Shown here piece after piece: positions 61,408 through 64,000 of a DNA stretch of 64,000 bases. The stretch comes from Nitrospiraceae bacterium. Its GTDB lineage: Bacteria > Nitrospirota > Nitrospiria > Nitrospirales > Nitrospiraceae. The first letter of the stretch is position 1, and every line of letters starts with the position of its first letter. The stretch is taken from contig JBBIQV010000012.1 of the NCBI GenBank assembly GCA_037442105.1, forward strand, positions 1 to 64,000, written 5' to 3'. The notes under the pieces were generated by a model. That model made no database searches. It was not told where the DNA came from and saw only the letters and a program-made list of their open reading frames with translations. The translations under genes were made by a program, and so were the position numbers.

Positions 61408-61527
61408 AGAACAATGGAATCTGAGCATCTTTACGCTGTAGCTTGTCATCACGACCGCGCCATAAAATCTTTATAAGATGCCAAGAAGTCTCCCTGTTGT
61501 CGGTCACACTCGCGCTGGAGGTGCTCC

Positions 61528-62118
61528 ATGAAACCGATTCGCCTGTTCCTCTGTGTCCTTGCCGTACTGCTGGCCACCTCTGCTCCCGTCCTCTCCGATG
61601 CCCCTGCGATTGCCGATATTCCTGAGACGTGGGAGTGCCCTCAAGCGGATGGCATCCTGTTATACACCGACCGCGAACGGCCGGGCTGTCATGTCAAGGT
61701 GCTCAAGCCGCTCTCCAGCGTGCCTCCCTTCGTCGCTGGACCCTTCGAGCCACGGGTGCTCGGAACCGCCGGCCCGCGCTATGACGTGGTGCCTCAGGGA
61801 GATTGGTATGGAAGCAACGCAGTGCCCGGGTTCGGACAGAATGAAGTGAAGAATGTCCCCGCTTGGGCGCAGGATTGGCATGCGGACAATACGTCCTCCG
61901 GCTCCGTGCAGGGAGAAATTTGCTCAATGTACCTCGAATGGATCCGACTCAACGAGAAAACCCGAGGCGGGTTCTTTTTTGGAGCCGACCCCTCTTATGG
62001 AGGCGACCTTTCCGGACGGAACCTCCGCTCCCCAAGCTATTCGTTCTACGACAATGCCCGATGGCTCACATTGTCGAGAATCTTCGGGGCCGGGTTCGTT
62101 CCCATCGGCTGCCCATGA
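61528..62118 (+). CDS. secreted hypothetical protein
   Basis: GGAGG RBS, signal peptide, Cys pairs. Confidence 0.7.
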   Translation: MKPIRLFLCVLAVLLATSAPVLSDAPAIADIPETWECPQADGILLYTDRERPGCHVKVLKPLSSVPPFVAGPFEPRVLGTAGPRYDVVPQGDWYGSNAVPGFGQNEVKNVPAWAQDWHADNTSSGSVQGEICSMYLEWIRLNEKTRGGFFFGADPSYGGDLSGRNLRSPSYSFYDNARWLTLSRIFGAGFVPIGCP

Positions 62119-62127
62119 AAGTGGGCT

Positions 62128-63504
62128 TCAGCAGTTGACGACGTTGACGGCAAGCCCGCCTTTGGACGTTTCCTTGTACTTGGCCTGCATGTCCAAGCCG
62201 GTCTGCCGCATGGTCTCGATGACCCGGTCCAAAGGGACCCGGTGCGTGCCGTCACCGTAAAGCACGGCGAGGCGGGCTGCGTTGATGGCCTTGGCAGCCC
62301 CCATAGTGTTGCGTTCGATGCAGGGCACCTGCACCAGCCCACCCACCGGGTCACAGGTCAGGCCTAAGTTGTGCTCCATCCCGATCTCGGCGGCGTTCTC
62401 AATCTGTGCATTGCTGCCCCCCATGACAGCGGCCAGGCCGGCGGCGGCCATCGAGCAAGCTACACCGACCTCGCCCTGGCACCCCATCTCTGCCGCGGAC
62501 AGCGACGCGTTCCGCTTGTACAACATGCCGATCGCGGCGGCCGTCAGGAGGAAGGTGCGCACCCCCTGATCGTCGGCTCCGGGCAGGAAACGCCGATAAT
62601 AGGCGAGTACCGCCGGGATAATGCCGGCCGCACCGTTCGTTGGTGCCGTCACCACCCGGCCGCCTGCCGCATTCTCTTCGTTGACTGCCAGGGCGAATAG
62701 GCTCACCCAGTCGAGCGTGGTTAGTGGGTCTGTCGTCGCCGGTCGAGCCTGGAGGTTGCGGAAGAGAAGACCGGCCCGCCGTCGCACGTGCAGTCCGCCG
62801 GGCAGCATGCCCTCGGCTCGACAGCCTCGCTCGATACACTGCTCCATGACCCTCCAAATGTGATCCAGTCCGGCGTCGATCTCGGAAGGCGTCCGCCATA
62901 CCATCTCGTTCTGTCGCACAATGGCGGCGATCGACCATCCTGTCCGCCGCCCGATGTCGAGCAACTCGGCCGCCGAGCCGAACTCATAAGACAAGCGGCC
63001 GACCGGTTCATTCCCATCCGTGCGACCCGCCTCCGCTTCGGTGTTCAGAAAACCGCCGCCGATGGAATAATAGGTTTCGTTCGCCAGTTCTGCGCCGGCC
63101 CTGTCGAAGGCGGCCAATCGCAAGCCATTGGGGTGGCAGGGAAGGGACTCGTTATCGTGGAAGAGCAAGTCGGTGGCTTCGTGGAACGGGATAGGGAACT
63201 GTCCGGCCAACTGAAGCGCGTGCAGAGACCGCATCTGTGCTACAAGCGGGTCAACCGCGTCGGGATCAATCGTGTCGGGTCGTTTCCCGGAGAGGCCGAG
63301 CAAAACAGCTTTGTCGGTAGCGTGTCCCCGGCCGGTCAAGGCCAGCGATCCGTACAGGTCGGCGCGCACCCGCTGCACCTGTGCAAGGACGCCTCTCGCT
63401 TCGAGCGCCTGGATAAAGCGAAGAGCCGCCCGCATCGGGCCGACCGTATGCGAGCTCGACGGCCCAATGCCGATCTTGAAAAGGTCAAAGACACTCAACA
63501 CCAT
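62128..63504 (-). CDS. sdaA: L-serine ammonia-lyase (Fe-S dependent)
   Basis: [44 protein letters not shown]. Confidence 0.96.
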   Translation of the reverse strand: MVLSVFDLFKIGIGPSSSHTVGPMRAALRFIQALEARGVLAQVQRVRADLYGSLALTGRGHATDKAVLLGLSGKRPDTIDPDAVDPLVAQMRSLHALQLAGQFPIPFHEATDLLFHDNESLPCHPNGLRLAAFDRAGAELANETYYSIGGGFLNTEAEAGRTDGNEPVGRLSYEFGSAAELLDIGRRTGWSIAAIVRQNEMVWRTPSEIDAGLDHIWRVMEQCIERGCRAEGMLPGGLHVRRRAGLLFRNLQARPATTDPLTTLDWVSLFALAVNEENAAGGRVVTAPTNGAAGIIPAVLAYYRRFLPGADDQGVRTFLLTAAAIGMLYKRNASLSAAEMGCQGEVGVACSMAAAGLAAVMGGSNAQIENAAEIGMEHNLGLTCDPVGGLVQVPCIERNTMGAAKAINAARLAVLYGDGTHRVPLDRVIETMRQTGLDMQAKYKETSKGGLAVNVVNC

Positions 63505-63765
63505 GCGATCAGGTCACCTGGGTGCCCCCTTTCTTTACTTCTATGGAAGAGCATGATTCGGGTAGCCAATGGCTGCTCAACGCAGAACCAACCTGGGAAC
63601 TGCAAGGCACGAAGCGCCGACGTCGCGAGTCAGGTCGAGCGACGTGTTATGCGTACACATTTATTGTCCTGGCATCCTGTCCACAATCATTCCTTCCTGA
63701 TTGATTGTGAATCCTATCCAACCACCGGGCGAAGGCAATGCAACCATAACAGGGGGAATCAATAC

Positions 63766-63999
63766 CTATGCAGCCCGCAATAGAAACTCAACTTTCACGG
63801 CGTCGTAAGGAAATTCTATGGCACCATCCTCCGTGCGGGAAAGCAATCCAGCACCAAGAAGCGCAACCACATCGCCGTGGACCCCTTTGACGTCCCGCTC
63901 AACCCGTCGAGCTGCTTCCCGAATTGATACGGGACCAGCACCGCAAAGGGCCTTGAGAAGTTTCCACCGCTTGGCAGTCAGAACTTTCCAAAGCAGCTC
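63766..63999 (-). CDS. 3' part of an HTH regulator or antitoxin-like protein, truncated by the window edge
   Basis: ELLWKVLTAKRWKLLKALCGAGPVSIREAARRVERDVKGVHGDV..L...G...IEFPYD...*; not in the ORF track because the start lies outside. Confidence 0.7.
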   Translation of the reverse strand, partial: ELLWKVLTAKRWKLLKALCGAGPVSIREAARRVERDVKGVHGDVVALLGAGLLSRTEDGAIEFPYDAVKVEFLLRAA

Positions 64000-64000
64000 G

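Noticed and set aside
63818..64000. Plus-strand ORF starting ATGGCACCA at the window end
   Set aside because: The minus-strand frame gives a recognisable HTH protein; the plus frame is low-complexity shadow

Overview
Chromosomal window spanning the replication origin of a GC-rich bacterium. Gene order and intergenic repeats suggest Nitrospira or a relative, which is an inference. Left to right: an LCIB/theta-carbonic-anhydrase-like gene, a TPR protein, thyX, hisS, a DsrE/F/H-like trio, oriC, dnaA-dnaN-gyrB-gyrA, a DciA/DUF721 gene and smpB. Next come an antitoxin remnant, a redox/efflux block (DoxX, NmrA, pirin, VOC, RND pump, nitroreductase) and tmRNA. After a 38-N gap lies a type I restriction-modification island with embedded extras: HTH-HsdM, ORF6N, an HsdS fused in frame to an MNT antitoxin followed by HEPN, a leftover hsdS 3' end, a PIN protein, HsdR and an M48 peptidase. 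Then follow a sigma-region-4/zinc-anti-sigma-like pair, a trehalose locus (frameshifted GH15, membrane-domain OtsA, OtsB) and housekeeping genes. The most striking unexplained signal is at 50.7-51.7 kb: two tandem, diverged ~460-bp non-coding units. Each has its own sigma70-type promoter, a 23-codon sORF, covarying RNA stems and a terminal hairpin carrying an anti-Shine-Dalgarno sequence. They lie directly upstream of an orphan ClpX with an extra CxxC. All family assignments come from motif recognition by eye; no searches were run.
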